Shown: positions 36,962 through 48,895 of the stretch, in pieces | How positions within the stretch are numbered: position 1 is the stretch's first letter | Layout: every line of letters begins with the position of its first letter | DNA from: Fonticula alba ATCC 38817 | Lineage: Eukaryota; Protista; Nucleariida | Direction: 5' to 3' (one strand) | DNA length: 55,486 bases | Assembly: GCA_000388065.2 (NCBI GenBank) | Contig: KB932203.1 | Made by a program: the position numbers and the translations under genes | The notes under the pieces: generated by a model | What the model was told of the DNA's origin: nothing | What the model saw: only the letters and a program-made list of their open reading frames with translations | Database searches by the model: none

Positions 36962-39900
36962 ATGTCCGGGCCCAGCGGGTCCTTCCTCCAGGGCGCAAGC
37001 CCGATGCCCGGGTCACTGATGTCTCTCTTTGGTGCTGAGTCGGCGAGCACCCCGAAGATCGAGACGTCCGCCCCCCGGGAGGCCCCGGCCCCGACCCCGG
37101 GGCAGGAGTACATCCTGGACGGGGTGACCGTGCGGTTTCCCTTTCAGGCATACCCCTCGCAGCTGGAGGTCATGGCCGGTGTCATTCAAGCGTGCAACCG
37201 CGGCGAGAACGCCCTGCTCGAGAGTCCGACCGGCTCCGGCAAGAGTCTGGCCTTGCTCTGCTCGAGCCTGGCTTGGCTGGAGATGGAAAAGCGCCGGCGT
37301 AACACGGTGTACATTCGCCGCCTGGACCTGATTGACACGCCGGATGAGCCGCCCGTCGCGGCAGCCCCGGCCGTTGAGTTGGAGCACTCGCCCTTCTTTG
37401 CGGCCGGGCCCAATGGAGCTGGCGGCGCCTCCGAGACCCCCAGTCTGCCGGCATCCAATGCCGACCTCACCGCCACCGCCAGCATGCCCTCTTCGCAGGT
37501 GGACATCCCCGCGCCTGGCAGTCCGGGGCCTGAAAATCCGGCGCCCGACAGCCCGGGGCTCAACAGTCCGACGCCAGGCGCCCAAGTGCCCAGCAGCCCG
37601 GGGCTCAGCAGTCCGGGCAAGCCAAACGCCAGCCCAGCCAAGCCGGCCAGCAGCCCGACCAAGTCGGGTTCCAGTGATGCAACCGAATGTCCAAAGGTAC
37701 GCTGCTGTTGCTGCTGCTGCTGTTGCTGCTGCTGCTGTTGCTGCTGCTACTCTCCCTCCCTCTCTCTCTCTCTCTCTACACTCTTCTTCCAGCCGATGTC
37801 CCACCCGGCGGGGCTGACCCATCCTTGCTCCCGCGGCCAAGATTTACTTCGCCTCGCGCACACACAAGCAGGTGTCACAACTCGTGTCCGAGCTGGCCGC
37901 CTCGTCATATCGTCCACGCATGGCGGTACTCGCCTCCCGCGAGCACTACTGCGTCCTACCAGCCCTCACGAACAAGGCCAACAAGTCCGAGGAATGGTAC
38001 GTCCGAGCGATTCCCCCCTCCCCGTCTTCCTCTCTCTGCTTACTGTCCTCGCCCTCGCTCTGGCCTCGCCCTGGTCCCTCCCCTCCCCTCACCATGCCAC
38101 CTTGTCGACTTCCCTCCCCCCCCCCCTCCTGCATTATCGCAGCCAACGCCTTCTGAAGAACCGCGAGTGTAGCTACTATCGGAGTTTCAGTCGCCTGCTG
38201 ACCGAGCCACTTGTCGGCCCAGGCAGTGTCTGGGACATTGAAGACCTTAACAGTTTGGCCCGATCGAAGCGCGGTGCGTCGGCCATGCATGCCCTTTCCC
38301 CCGGTCCCCTCAGCAGCCTGGCCCCCCCGTCTGACGCCCTTGTCTTGGATTCAATGCCCGGGCCTTGTTTTTTTCTTTCCCCCGGCGACACAGCCTGCTC
38401 GTACTTCGCCTCGCGCGAGTTGATCAGCACCGCAGACATTGTCTTCTGCCCGTACAACTACATCATCGATCCCTGTGCGTTTGGGGTTTGGCCTCACCTG
38501 CCCGCCGTCCAGCTGTGGCTGACTTCTCCCTCCCCCCCCCCCCTCTCTCTCTCTTTCCCTCTCCTGCCATGTGTATGTGCATGTGCCCATCCGCCTTCCC
38601 CTGGGGTTGTCTTTTGTGCGCAGCCATCCGCGAGTCGATGGGCATTTCCCTGGAGAACAGCATTGTCATCATCGATGAGGCGCATAATGTCGAGGACTCC
38701 AGCCGCGATGCCGGCAGCTTCCACATCACGCTTGACGCGCTTGACTGTATGTCATCCTACATGTGCCCCATAGCTCGCCTCCCCCCTCTTTCTCCTTCCC
38801 ATTCGTCCTGGCCTTCGCTGACCCTTTTCCCGGTCCCTGCCGCAGCCATTCGCATTATGATCCAGCGGACTGGACGCGATGACTTCGCACCCATCTTCGA
38901 GGTATGCCCATCCGCCCGCTCGTCTCCTTCTGTTGGTCTCACCCCACTCATGATCCCTGTTTCCCTGCCCCCGCCCCCCTTCCTCTTCCTCCTCTGCATT
39001 CCTCTGCGCCTTTCCCTGCTGCTAGGCACTGTCTCTCTTCCTCCAGTTCTCCAGTGCTCGGTTGGACTCCGCACAGAACACCGGCTTCGAGCAGTACCAG
39101 TCCATGTACGCCGGTTTCGCCCCCCCCCCCCTCCCCCCTCCCTCAACTCCCTTTTGCCCTTCCCCCTCTTGCCATTTTCACCCGGGGGCCCCCTTTTTGC
39201 CCTTGGGATTTCCTCTCACCACCTTGTGCTCGGGCCTGCCTTTTCAGCATCGAGAGCAGCCAGCTCTACCGCGAACTGGCCGGTCTTGGCCTGACAGGCG
39301 AATCGGTGCGGACACTGCTGCACCTGGCCGGGCAGCTGAGCGACTATGTCGAGGGCCTGTCCGAGGCCTTGTCGGACGTCGCGCCGTCCGGCGGCCCTTC
39401 CGACATGGATTGGGTGTACACCGCCTCAGGACCGCTCCTTATGCTAAAAAGTGCGCTCCCTCCCCTCACCTCCCGTTTCCCTCCCACCCTCGCTTGCTCG
39501 CTCGCTCTCCCGCCTTCCGTCGGATGGCACAAAGTCGCCTGTACCCCGCCGGCAAATGACTCACTCCCCTGGGTTTGCATAGACTTCCTTGGCTCCCTGG
39601 CACTGGTGTTCCAGTCGCAGCCAAGCCCCACTCGGCCTTTGATCCCCGGGTCCCCGGGGGACTTTGTGTTGGTCTTCTCCAAGGAGCCCGTCTACGATGG
39701 ATGTGCGTTATGCCACTGCTCCCTCCCTCCCCCCCCCCCCCCTCTCTCTCTCTCTCTCTCCATTTCTCTGCCACACCCTGGACGTTGCACACTGCCCCGA
39801 CTTGCCGGTTGACCCAGACTTTGGCTCGCCCTCCTCCTCTCGACACAGCCACTCGCAACATCGAGCATTCGGTCAAGATCTGGTGCCTCAACCCGGCGGC

Positions 39901-42758
39901 TGTCTTCAAGGCCGGCGTCAGTGACCTGGCCAAGTGTGTCATTCTCACCTCCGGAACGCTCTCGCCGGTTCGTTTGCCTACTACCTTCCTGGCCGGAATG
40001 CATGCGCCTCGCCCCCCCCCCTCCCCCCCTTCGCCCTTCCCCCCTCCGCCAATGTTTGACCGTATGTCCCGTGGCCAGATGGACTCCTTCGCCTCGGAGC
40101 TCGGCGCGCCCTTCCCCATCCGCGTTGAGGCCAACCATGTCATTCCCCCGACATCAGTGCGTGGTTTTGGCCTGTGCTTGATCTGCCCGACGCCCGGTCA
40201 CTCATGTCCCATCTTCGCACCTCCCCCCCTCCCCCCCCCCACTTCCTCTTCCGGATTGGCATCGTTGTCTCTCGACTGGGGCAGGTCTTCGCCGGGGTGC
40301 TGACCAAGGCCGGCCCAAATGGCCAGCCCCTGCGGGCAGTCTTCACCAACATGGAGAACCTTGCGTTCCAGGACGACGTCGGTCAGTCGATCCTGAATGT
40401 GTGCCGCAACGTGCCAGATGGTCCGCGTCATGCCGCCACTTTCACCTCCCCGGTCGTAATGCCTGCCTGCTGATTCTCGCGCCCCCACAACTGCATGCTC
40501 CGTCTTCCCTGCGTCCGGATGGCCCAGGCGTGTTGGTTTTCTTTGCCAGCTACAACATCATGGACAAGCTGCTCAAGCGCTGGAAGGCCACCAACATGAT
40601 GAAGGAACTCCGCGCGCTGAAGAACGTCATCCAGGGTGCGTCCGGGGTCCGGGGTCGCCTCGCCGCCCTGCCTGTCGCCCCGGCGGGCCAGCGGCAAGGG
40701 CCCATGCTCCTTCTTGGTCTTTCCGTCTCTTTCTCCCTTTCCGGGTCTTTCTCTCTCTATTTCTCTTCTCTCTCTCTCTCTCTCTCTCTCCCCCGCCCCC
40801 CCCCGGCAAGTGACCTGACATAGCCATGTGCACGCCATCCCAGAGCCACGCTTTGCCACCAAAAAGACCTTTGACCAAACCATCGACGAGTACACAAGCT
40901 CCATTTATCCCCTGCGCGGTACGAAGAGCGCCCGCAAGCGCCCGCGCACCATGAGCGACTATTCCACGCCCCGGGGGGCGGTGCTGTTTGCCGTGTGCCG
41001 CGGCAAGGTCAGCGAGGGGATTGACTTCTCGGATGGCCTGGCCCGGGCGGTGGTGGTCGTCGGCATCCCCTACCCGAATGTGTATGTGCCAGTGTCGCTG
41101 GTCTTCTCTTGCTTTGCTCCCCTGCCTGTGGGGTATCTCTGCCTCCATGACCATAACCGGCAGCGCCACATGTTCGGGACGTGCCTCGCTCCCGGCCGCA
41201 TATTCTGATTTTATCCATCTGTCCCTCAATCTTCCCCCCCCCCCCCCGCTCCTCTGCCCTCCTGGCTCGCCTCTCCATCGTCCAGGCGCGACTCGCAAGT
41301 GGAGCTCAAGCGCCGATTCAACACCAGCCAGGCGCGGCACTTTGATAATAACCCGGTTTTCGTGGAGGGCCGGCGCCAGGCGAATCCCTGCATGAATGGC
41401 GATGCCTGGTACGAAGCGCAGGCCTTCCGCGCGGTGAACCAGGCCTTGGGCCGAGTCATTCGCCACATCAACGACTGGGGGCCATTGTCCTGTGCGATGA
41501 GCGCTTCCGTCAGCCGAAAAACCGGTTCCTCCTGTCCAAGTGGATGCGTCAGCTGGTCAAGGTGCATGAAGTTCCTGGGGTTCTGTTCGAGGAGCTCGGA
41601 GCCTTTTCCCGCTTCCACACGGACAAAGCCCTGCAAGAGGCCCCGTCGGCCGGGGCCGCTGGCCCACCCCCCGCCGGAGCCGACTCCCCTGCCCATGATG
41701 ATCTGCCGACGCCCAAGCGCCAGGCCCTCTCGGGTGGGGATCACCAGCAGCCGTACATTTTGTCGCTGCTCAAGAACATGAAGCGCCCGGCCGGCGGGGG
41801 GGATGTCTCTCCCTCGGGCCCGGGGGCCTCCTCTTGCGGGGCCTCCCCCGGGGGGGGTGGGATGTCCCCCTGTGCCGGGCGTGGTGGTGCTCCCTGCTTG
41901 GACATCAAGTCGGAGTCGGGCCCGGAGCCGCGCGAGCATTTGGCCCTGGCCCTGGAGCCGGAGCCGGACCCGGGGTCGGAGCCCGGGCCAGTGGGCACCG
42001 GTGCCCTGGCTGCCGCAGTGGCCATGGACTCACCCTTGCCCGGGCCGTGCTTGCCTCGGCTGCCGGATGTGTGCTTGACTTTGGGGTGCTGTGCGCCGGC
42101 CATGCGCCGGGTGGTTCTCGGGGCCGGGGCCCCGGTGGCCGGGCTCTGCTCGCTGGTGCTGCCCTGGAATTCGCCGGTCCTGGCCCAGTCGGCCGAGCTG
42201 CTGGACTCCCTGCGTGAGGTGTTCCCCCGGCCGAGCCGGGCGGCGGCCCTGCCGCCCTCGCTCCAGCGCATCGACATGCTCTTCGTCCGGGTGGACTCGG
42301 GGTCGATGGCCGCCACGCTGGCCGGGGCCGGGAGCCCTGCCGGCCCGGGCGCCGGGCCCCTGGTCCCGGCCAGCGTCGAGTCGCGCATCTTCCTGTCCGT
42401 GGCCCCGGGCCAAGTGATGGCCATCAGCCGTGGCAACACGGCCTTCGACTTTGCCAATTGGGCGGTCTTCACGCCGCTCTTCCTCCGGCACGAGGGCTGC
42501 AGCCAGACCGTCGGCGGGCACTCCCCGGCCCCGGTGGCCCTGCACATGTACTTCCCGCCTGGCGGCGCCGTCGGGGCGGGCCCCGGCCTGCTGGAGGCCA
42601 TGCTGGCGCTCCTGTGCCCTGGGCATGGCGCCGGCCGGGGTGGCCCTGCTGCCCGGCCACAGGCCGGGGTTCACTTCCTGGCCTTCAGCGCTGTGGCCCT
42701 GGATCCGCCGCTGGCGGCGGGCAGCGGGTCGACCGTGGCCGGCGGAGCCCCGCCATGA
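36962..42758 (+). CDS. BRIP1: XPD-family Fe-S 5'-3' DNA helicase FANCJ/BRIP1, multi-exon; apparent frameshift at 41477-41481
   Basis: [11 protein letters not shown] (Q motif), [22 protein letters not shown] (FANCJ-type), [11 protein letters not shown], Fe-S cysteines (HYCV, EEC, RECSYY, ACSYF), [46 protein letters not shown] and [25 protein letters not shown]. Confidence 0.9.
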
Positions 42759-43181
42759 GTGGCCCCGATCGCGGCGCCCTGCTGCCCATGCGTTGGCAGT
42801 GCCTTCCCGATCTGCGCGCCTTTCTTTTTTGCCCGGCGCGCTGTCGCCGCCGCGGGCGTGGCGGGGGGGGGGGGGGGGGNNNNNNNNNNNNNNNNNNNNN
42901 NNNNNNNNNNNNNNNNNNNNNNNNNNNNNNNNNNNNNNNNNNNNNNNNNNNNNNNNNNNNNNNNNNNNNNNNNNNNNNNNNNNNNNNNNNNNNNNNNNNN
43001 NNNNNNNNNNNNNNNNNNNNNNNNNNNNNNNNNNNNNNNNNNNNNNNNNNNNNNNNNNNNNNNNNNNNNNNNNNNNNNNNNNNNNNNNNNNNNNNNNNNN
43101 NNNNNNNNNNNNNNNNNNNNNNNNNNNNNNNNNNNNNNNNNNNNNNNNNNNNNNNNNNNNNNNNNNNNNNNNNNNNNNNNN

Positions 43182-43230
<49 letters not shown>

Positions 43231-43567
43231 GGTGTGTGGGTGTGGGTGGGTGGTCCGCGTACGGGAATAGGCCGGCGATCGACTTGCGGATGTGGCAGGG
43301 CGCGGCCCAAGGGCGATCTCAGCTCGCGTGTGGTGTATGTTCGTAAATGGATGTGCGTGTGTGTGTGTGTGTGTTAATTTGAGTCATTTTTTCTGGCGGG
43401 GTCCAAGGGAAGGACCAACATGCAGGGAGGGGGACATATGTGCACACTCTCCGGGCTCCCTCCCCCACTCGATATCCCTTCCCGCCTGCAGCTCCCCGCG
43501 CTGTGTTGCGTACCCCCCCTGGTGGCCCATTCTTTGCAAGTTCCCCCCCTCGCCCCTCCTCGCCCAC

Positions 43568-45289
43568 ATGTCCCGGCCGCGGGTAGGCTGGCTGTTGGCC
43601 ACGGCGGCCGTGCTGGCTGGGGGTGTCCCCGGCACGGCGGCCCACCCGCCGCCAGGTGCCTCGGCCGACGCCACCAAGATCGACCATACCGATGTGCGCT
43701 CTCCTTGCCCGCCTGCACACCTTGCCCGGCCGGATGCTCACCTCTCAGGACATTGGGTCTGGGCCATGGCCCGAAGCATGGCCGGATGCACTTGCTCCTG
43801 TTCGGGCTCTATGCCCTGACGCTGGCCGGAGCCCAAGCCGGGCTGGTCCTGTGGCACCGGCGCTCGCCGCGGACCTTCCGCCTGGCCAGTGCCGCCGGGG
43901 TGTGGTTCATTCCGGCCGGGGTGGCCCTGGCCCGGGGGTACATCCCGTTCCTGGTGGCGTGGGTCCCCTTCACGGCGATCAATGTGGCCATGTTGTGGCA
44001 TGCGCTCGGCCGGCGGCGCCTGCTGCCGGTGGCCCCGCGCGCGGTCTACCAGTGGCATCTCCTGCTTTTCCAGCTGTCGAGCGCCCTGTCCTCCGCCGGG
44101 TATGCGCTGCTGGTGGGGTGCTTTCTGGGGGCCGGGTCGGTCGGGGCCGGCCGGTCGTCCGGGCTCTGGGCGGCGTCCCTGCGCCTGGCGGCGCAGCTCT
44201 GCTTCTACGGACTATACTTCGGCCTGCTGGCGCGCGATTGCGCGGTCCTCTGCGCCGAGCGCATGCTGCTGAAGATGCGCCTCTTCGCCGGGCCCGGGGT
44301 CAAGGTGGCTGGCAGCCCCGGGGCCGGGGCCGGGGCCGGCCCGGGGAGTGGCTTCCTCCGGACCGCCACCCGCTTGACCTCCTCGTTGTTGGTGTCCGGC
44401 CCGCCGGCCCCCGGGGGGCTCCTCCCGACGCATGTGGCCCACGCCGACTCCCCGGCTCCCAGGGCGCAGGACCCGGCCGAGTTGCTGTCCCCCAGCAGCG
44501 GGGATCTCGGGTCGCAGTCGCGGCTGGCCGACGAGCTGGGCGTGCAGCTTCCCTTTGGCGGGTACATGGCCCGACTCTCTTGCGCGTTTGATCGCCCCTT
44601 TTCCCCCATCCTCATCTCTCTCTCTCTCTCTCGCTCTCCCTCTCTGTTCCTTGCTCCATACTTCGCTCGCCCGGGCTCCTGATCACTCACTCCCCCCCCC
44701 CCTCCCCGACAGCGCCCCCTCGCGGCTGGATGACGGCCTGCTCAAGTGCGGGCTCTGTGCGGCCAGCTTGCCGACGCCCAAGCACCTGGTGCGGTCCGGC
44801 GGCCCGGGGCCCCGGCGGCCCGGGGCCCCGGCGGCGCCGGCCTCCATGGCCCAGCTGCTGGAGTCCGCCGTGGCCCTGCCAGTCTGCGGGCACTTCTTCC
44901 ACCATGCATGCATTCGTGGGTGGGCCATTGTCGGCAAGATCGACACCTGCCCCGTGTGCAGCGAAAAGGTTGACTTGGCTTTCTTCCGAGGCAATCCGTA
45001 CGTCGACGCACTCTGCCCTCCGTGTCGCTCCGTCCTGCTCCACGGCCACACGACCATCCCTGTCCCTGACTTGCCTTGCGTTTCGTGTGCCCGCCTCTGT
45101 ACCTTCCCGCTTGCCTGCCTGCCTGCCTGCCTGCCTGCCTGCCCGCTGGCTCGCCCGCCCCGAAGATGGGACCGAGTCGGCTGGTTCCACTCCAATGTCC
45201 TGGCCGTGGCACGGCATATCCTGGTATGGCAGCCGCTCATTTTCCTGGCCGTGCGCTGGCTGAACACGCGCTTCTTTGGCCTACACTGA
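43568..45289 (+). CDS. RNF121: Transmembrane RING-H2 E3 ligase RNF121/RNF175 family; exons ~43749-44561, 44713-44997, 45166-45289; first exon unresolved
   Basis: H..MH...TL..AQ..L..W..R.PR, PRAVYQWHL, FYGLYFGLLARDCA and the RING CGLC...CGHFFHHACIRGWAIVGKIDTCPVCSEKVDL. The tail NPWDR...WQPLI closely follows RNF121/175. Confidence 0.9.
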
Positions 45290-46074
45290 CGGCGAAAAAT
45301 AGAGAGACATGAGCTCGGTGGTTTTTCCTGCATTATCTTCGCGTGCCTGTATCCGTGCCATCCCCCGCCATCTGGCTTCGGCCTCCTTTGGCCGCTGGCC
45401 CCGGCGCGCCTGTGTGGCACAGTGGGCTCCTCTGCAGAACCCACCTGCGAGGATGTGCCGCATGCACACGCACCCCTACTGGGGGCGGGCAGCGTCCGCA
45501 CAGGGCCGGCACAGTACATTCCCGAGACCTGGATGCCGGTCGCACGGTCATCTCCATGGTCGGCGATTGCGTTGGCAGTCCAAGCACCATTGGCCGTTCC
45601 GCCGCGCGCGCGCGCCTCTCCCTGGAGATTGGGCCGAGCCGAGCGCCGGCCGGGTGGGGGTGGGGCGAGGGGAGACTGCACATGCCGGACCGGCGGCGGA
45701 GGAGCATGTTTAGCCGCTCCTGTCCGGGGAATCGAGGACATCCCCCGGCTGCCCGGTCGCCAGTGCGACTGGGGGACTCCCGCCGGGCTCCGGCGCCGAG
45801 AGCCCTGGGAAGCGGCTTGCCCCCGGTTCGCGGAACCCACAACAGCCACTGCTCGGACTGGACCCCCCAGCCCTCGGCCGAGTGGGGGTCGTCCTCGGAG
45901 CCGGGGGACCTACCAGGGCGCCCGGGTGGCGGGTGGNNNNNNNNNNNNNNNNNNNNNNNNNNNNNNNNNNNNNNNNNNNNNNNNNNNNNNNGGGGGGATG
46001 GTGCATTCTCGCGCGCCGTGAACATGGCGGAACAGAAACCGCCCCCGGTCGGGGACGCCGGCCAGCATGCGCAT

Positions 46075-46105
<31 letters not shown>

Positions 46106-46393
46106 CGCGCACCTGGCTGTTCAGCCGCCGGGGGTGAGGGGCATGGCGCGTCGACCGCTCCGCCCCCCCCTGATGGGCATGTGTGTGCGTGTGCGCGAAC
46201 CGCACTCCCTCGCCCGGCGGGTGGGGCTGCCACGCTTACTCCGACCCGAGAGCTGGCCACTCCATTCAAGGGCCTCCTCCGGACGACCCCATCATCCGGC
46301 GCTCACCAGCCTCTCTCCTCCCTGTACGACCTGCCGCAGGCCGTTTCACCTCCTCCCCCCCCTCTCTCCACCTGCCTTTTGTGCCTTTCTTCT

Positions 46394-46425
<32 letters not shown>

Positions 46426-46483
46426 CCCTGGTCGAGCCCTGACCTCCCCGCCCAGCCCCCGGTTGTTTGCCCGTTTCACGAGC

Positions 46484-48017
46484 ATGTCAGGTGCGCTCAT
46501 CTCCCTCTGCCCCTGTCTCCCCCGCCTCGGCCCCAGCCCCCAACTCCCAGCCATGTATCTGACACACACACACACCCGCCTCAATTTGCGGTTCCACGCG
46601 TCGGCCCACGCACGCCAGACGCGAGCGCGTCCTCGACCCCCCTGCCGGCGGCTAGCGCCGTCTCTGGCGCGCCATCGTCCTCCTCCCCGGGCACCTCGCC
46701 CGAGGAGCCCTCTTCGCACAAGCGCCAGCGGCCTGTCGATGACAGCACCCCACCCACCACCGACGCGGTTTCAGCTCCGGCCGCGGCGCCGGCCGCCGGG
46801 TCGGCCAAGTCCCAAAAGGTGCGCCCCTGGCCACTCGCCGCTCCGTCCTTTTCCGCCGCTCCGCCACCCTTGCCGCCTTGTCGGGGGACTGTGCCGAATC
46901 CTCACGCCGCGCCCCCCCCCCCTCCCCCCCCTCCCCTAATCCAGACCACCTCCGGCTTTGGTGCCTACGCTGGAGTCTCGGCCTTCGGCACCCCGGCCGC
47001 CGGTGACAAGGCAGCCACCGGCTTCTCGGCCCCCTGGGGCGAGGCCAAGCCCGCCTGGGGAGACCCGGCCAGCGCCTGGAGTGCCGGCTTCGGGGCCGGT
47101 CCCGCGGCCGCGGCCGAGGGCTTTGCCTGGGGCCTGGCCGGCGACTCCAAGCCTGCCTGGGGCGCCCCCTCGACCTCGGGGCATTCCATTTTCTCCGCGG
47201 CCGCCACCGCCCAGGCCGACGCCGGCTCGAGCGCCGCTGCCTCGGCCGCGACGACCACCACCACAACGGCCGCCGCCGCCGTCGCCGCCGCCGCCGCCAC
47301 CGACACCGTGGCCCGCGTGTTGCCGCCCTCCTCGCCGGTCGCCGTGCCGGCGCTCCTGGCCGAGAACGAGGTGGCCTTCTTCAGTGTACGTTGTCCTTTT
47401 GTCGGGCCTCGACTGGTGGTCTTCCGCCTCGTGTGCCTGCCTCCTTTCCCCGGCCCTGGCCCCCCTTTTTCTTTTGCCGTCCTCCGCCGGCTGACCATCC
47501 GCACCACAGATGCGTGTCCGCCTCTTCCTGCTGGACCCTGGCCGTGGGGATTGGCGCGAACGCGGCACCGGGCAGCTCCGCCTGGTTCGCAATGACGGGT
47601 CCGCCGGCGGGCCGTCGACCGGCAGCCCGGTCCGTGGCCGAGTCATGATGCACACCGACGGCAACCTGCGCCTGGTCCTGAATGCCAACCTCTATGACAC
47701 CATGCCGGTGGGCATTGTCTTCGAGCGGGACATCCGCCTGATTGCCAACTGCCCGGTGGCCGCCGAGGAGCTGGGTCGCAAGCCGACTGATGCCGCTGCC
47801 TCCCGTGCCACCTACCTGATTCGCGTGCGTCTCCGCCGGCGGACTTTCCTTCCTCCCTTTTCTCTCTCCGTACCTCCGCCTCTGCCCCCGCCGCCCGCTC
47901 TTCCTGGCCTCGAAGTGGCGGCAACACAACCAACTGAACGTGGCCCCTTTGTCTCCGTGGAGTCTGCGCTAACTTCTGGGCCCTCCCCTCCCTCCCTCTC
48001 TCCCTCTTTCCCTCCCC

Positions 48018-48048
<31 letters not shown>

Positions 48049-48486
48049 GCTCGCTGTCTCGCTGTCTCTCCCTCTTCGTCCTTTGTTCCTCTGCTCCGGC
48101 TCCGGCCCTGGCGCGCATGCCAGTGCAAGAACAAGAACGATGCTCAGACCTTGCTGAACAAGATCTCCCACCTCATCAAGATCACCCCGATCGTGGCCCC
48201 ACCCACAGTTTCTTCAAATCAGCTCAGCCAGGCGGCCAAGCCGGTCGCCGCGACCAAGCCAGCCGCCGATGTCAGTGCCGCCACCGCCACAACTGGTGCC
48301 GACACCAAGTCGGCCGGCGCCTCGTCCACCGCTGCCAGTCCCTCGCCAGACGCGTCTGCAGACGCTGCCTCGGCCTCGGATGTTGCCAACACCGGCTCCG
48401 GCTCCGGCTCCGGCTCCGACTCCGGCTCCGACTCCGGCTCCGGCTCTGCCTCTTCGGACAGTGAGCCCGACGATGAGGCGTCCTGA
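46484..48486 (+). CDS. RanBP1-domain protein (RanBP3/Yrb2 or Nup2/Nup50-like); join(46484..46490, 46619..46818, 46945..47385, 47510..47824, 48124..48486)
   Basis: KRQRP basic motif, an aromatic-Gly repeat region, then a Ran-binding domain: ENEVAFFSMRVRLFLLD...WRERGTGQLRL...RVMMHTDGNLRLVLNANL...TYLIR...AQTLLNKI. Acidic Ser-rich tail. All five exons join in frame. Confidence 0.85.
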
Positions 48487-48895
48487 TTTGCCAGGGCGGC
48501 TTGTCGGCTCGCTGGCCTGTTTCCACTTCGCTCTCCTTTTGTATGGCGTGTCATCGCCGCTGCAGCTGCCGCCATCGGCGCCACCGCCGCAGGCGCGCGC
48601 ACGTGCCGCACTACACCCCCCCCCCCCCCTTCCCCTACTCCCATCTCCTGTGTCTTGTTTTCTATGCCCGCCCTTCTTGCGGGCTCTCCGGGGTACCTTA
48701 GCTGGAGGGAAGAGGCGAGTGTTGTCTAGTTTCCCGGCGTGGCCAAGTACACGACCATGGTCGGGAGGGGGAATGCGAATGCAAATGCGAGGGACGAAAC
48801 AAGGACAGGGGCTCTGGCGCTAGTGCAGGCACCAGCGACCAAAGAAGGAGGGAAGGGATAGAGAGAGAGAGAGAAGGGGAAAGGCATATCATGCC

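Noticed and set aside
37697-37841. Poly-Cys run in ORF 36962-38773
   Set aside because: It is a (GCT/GTT)n tract just after a GTACGC donor, and splicing restores [11 protein letters not shown].
36962-42758. RTEL1, DDX11/Chl1 or XPD identity for the helicase
   Set aside because: [19 protein letters not shown] and [22 protein letters not shown] best match FANCJ by recall. A phylogeny would be decisive.
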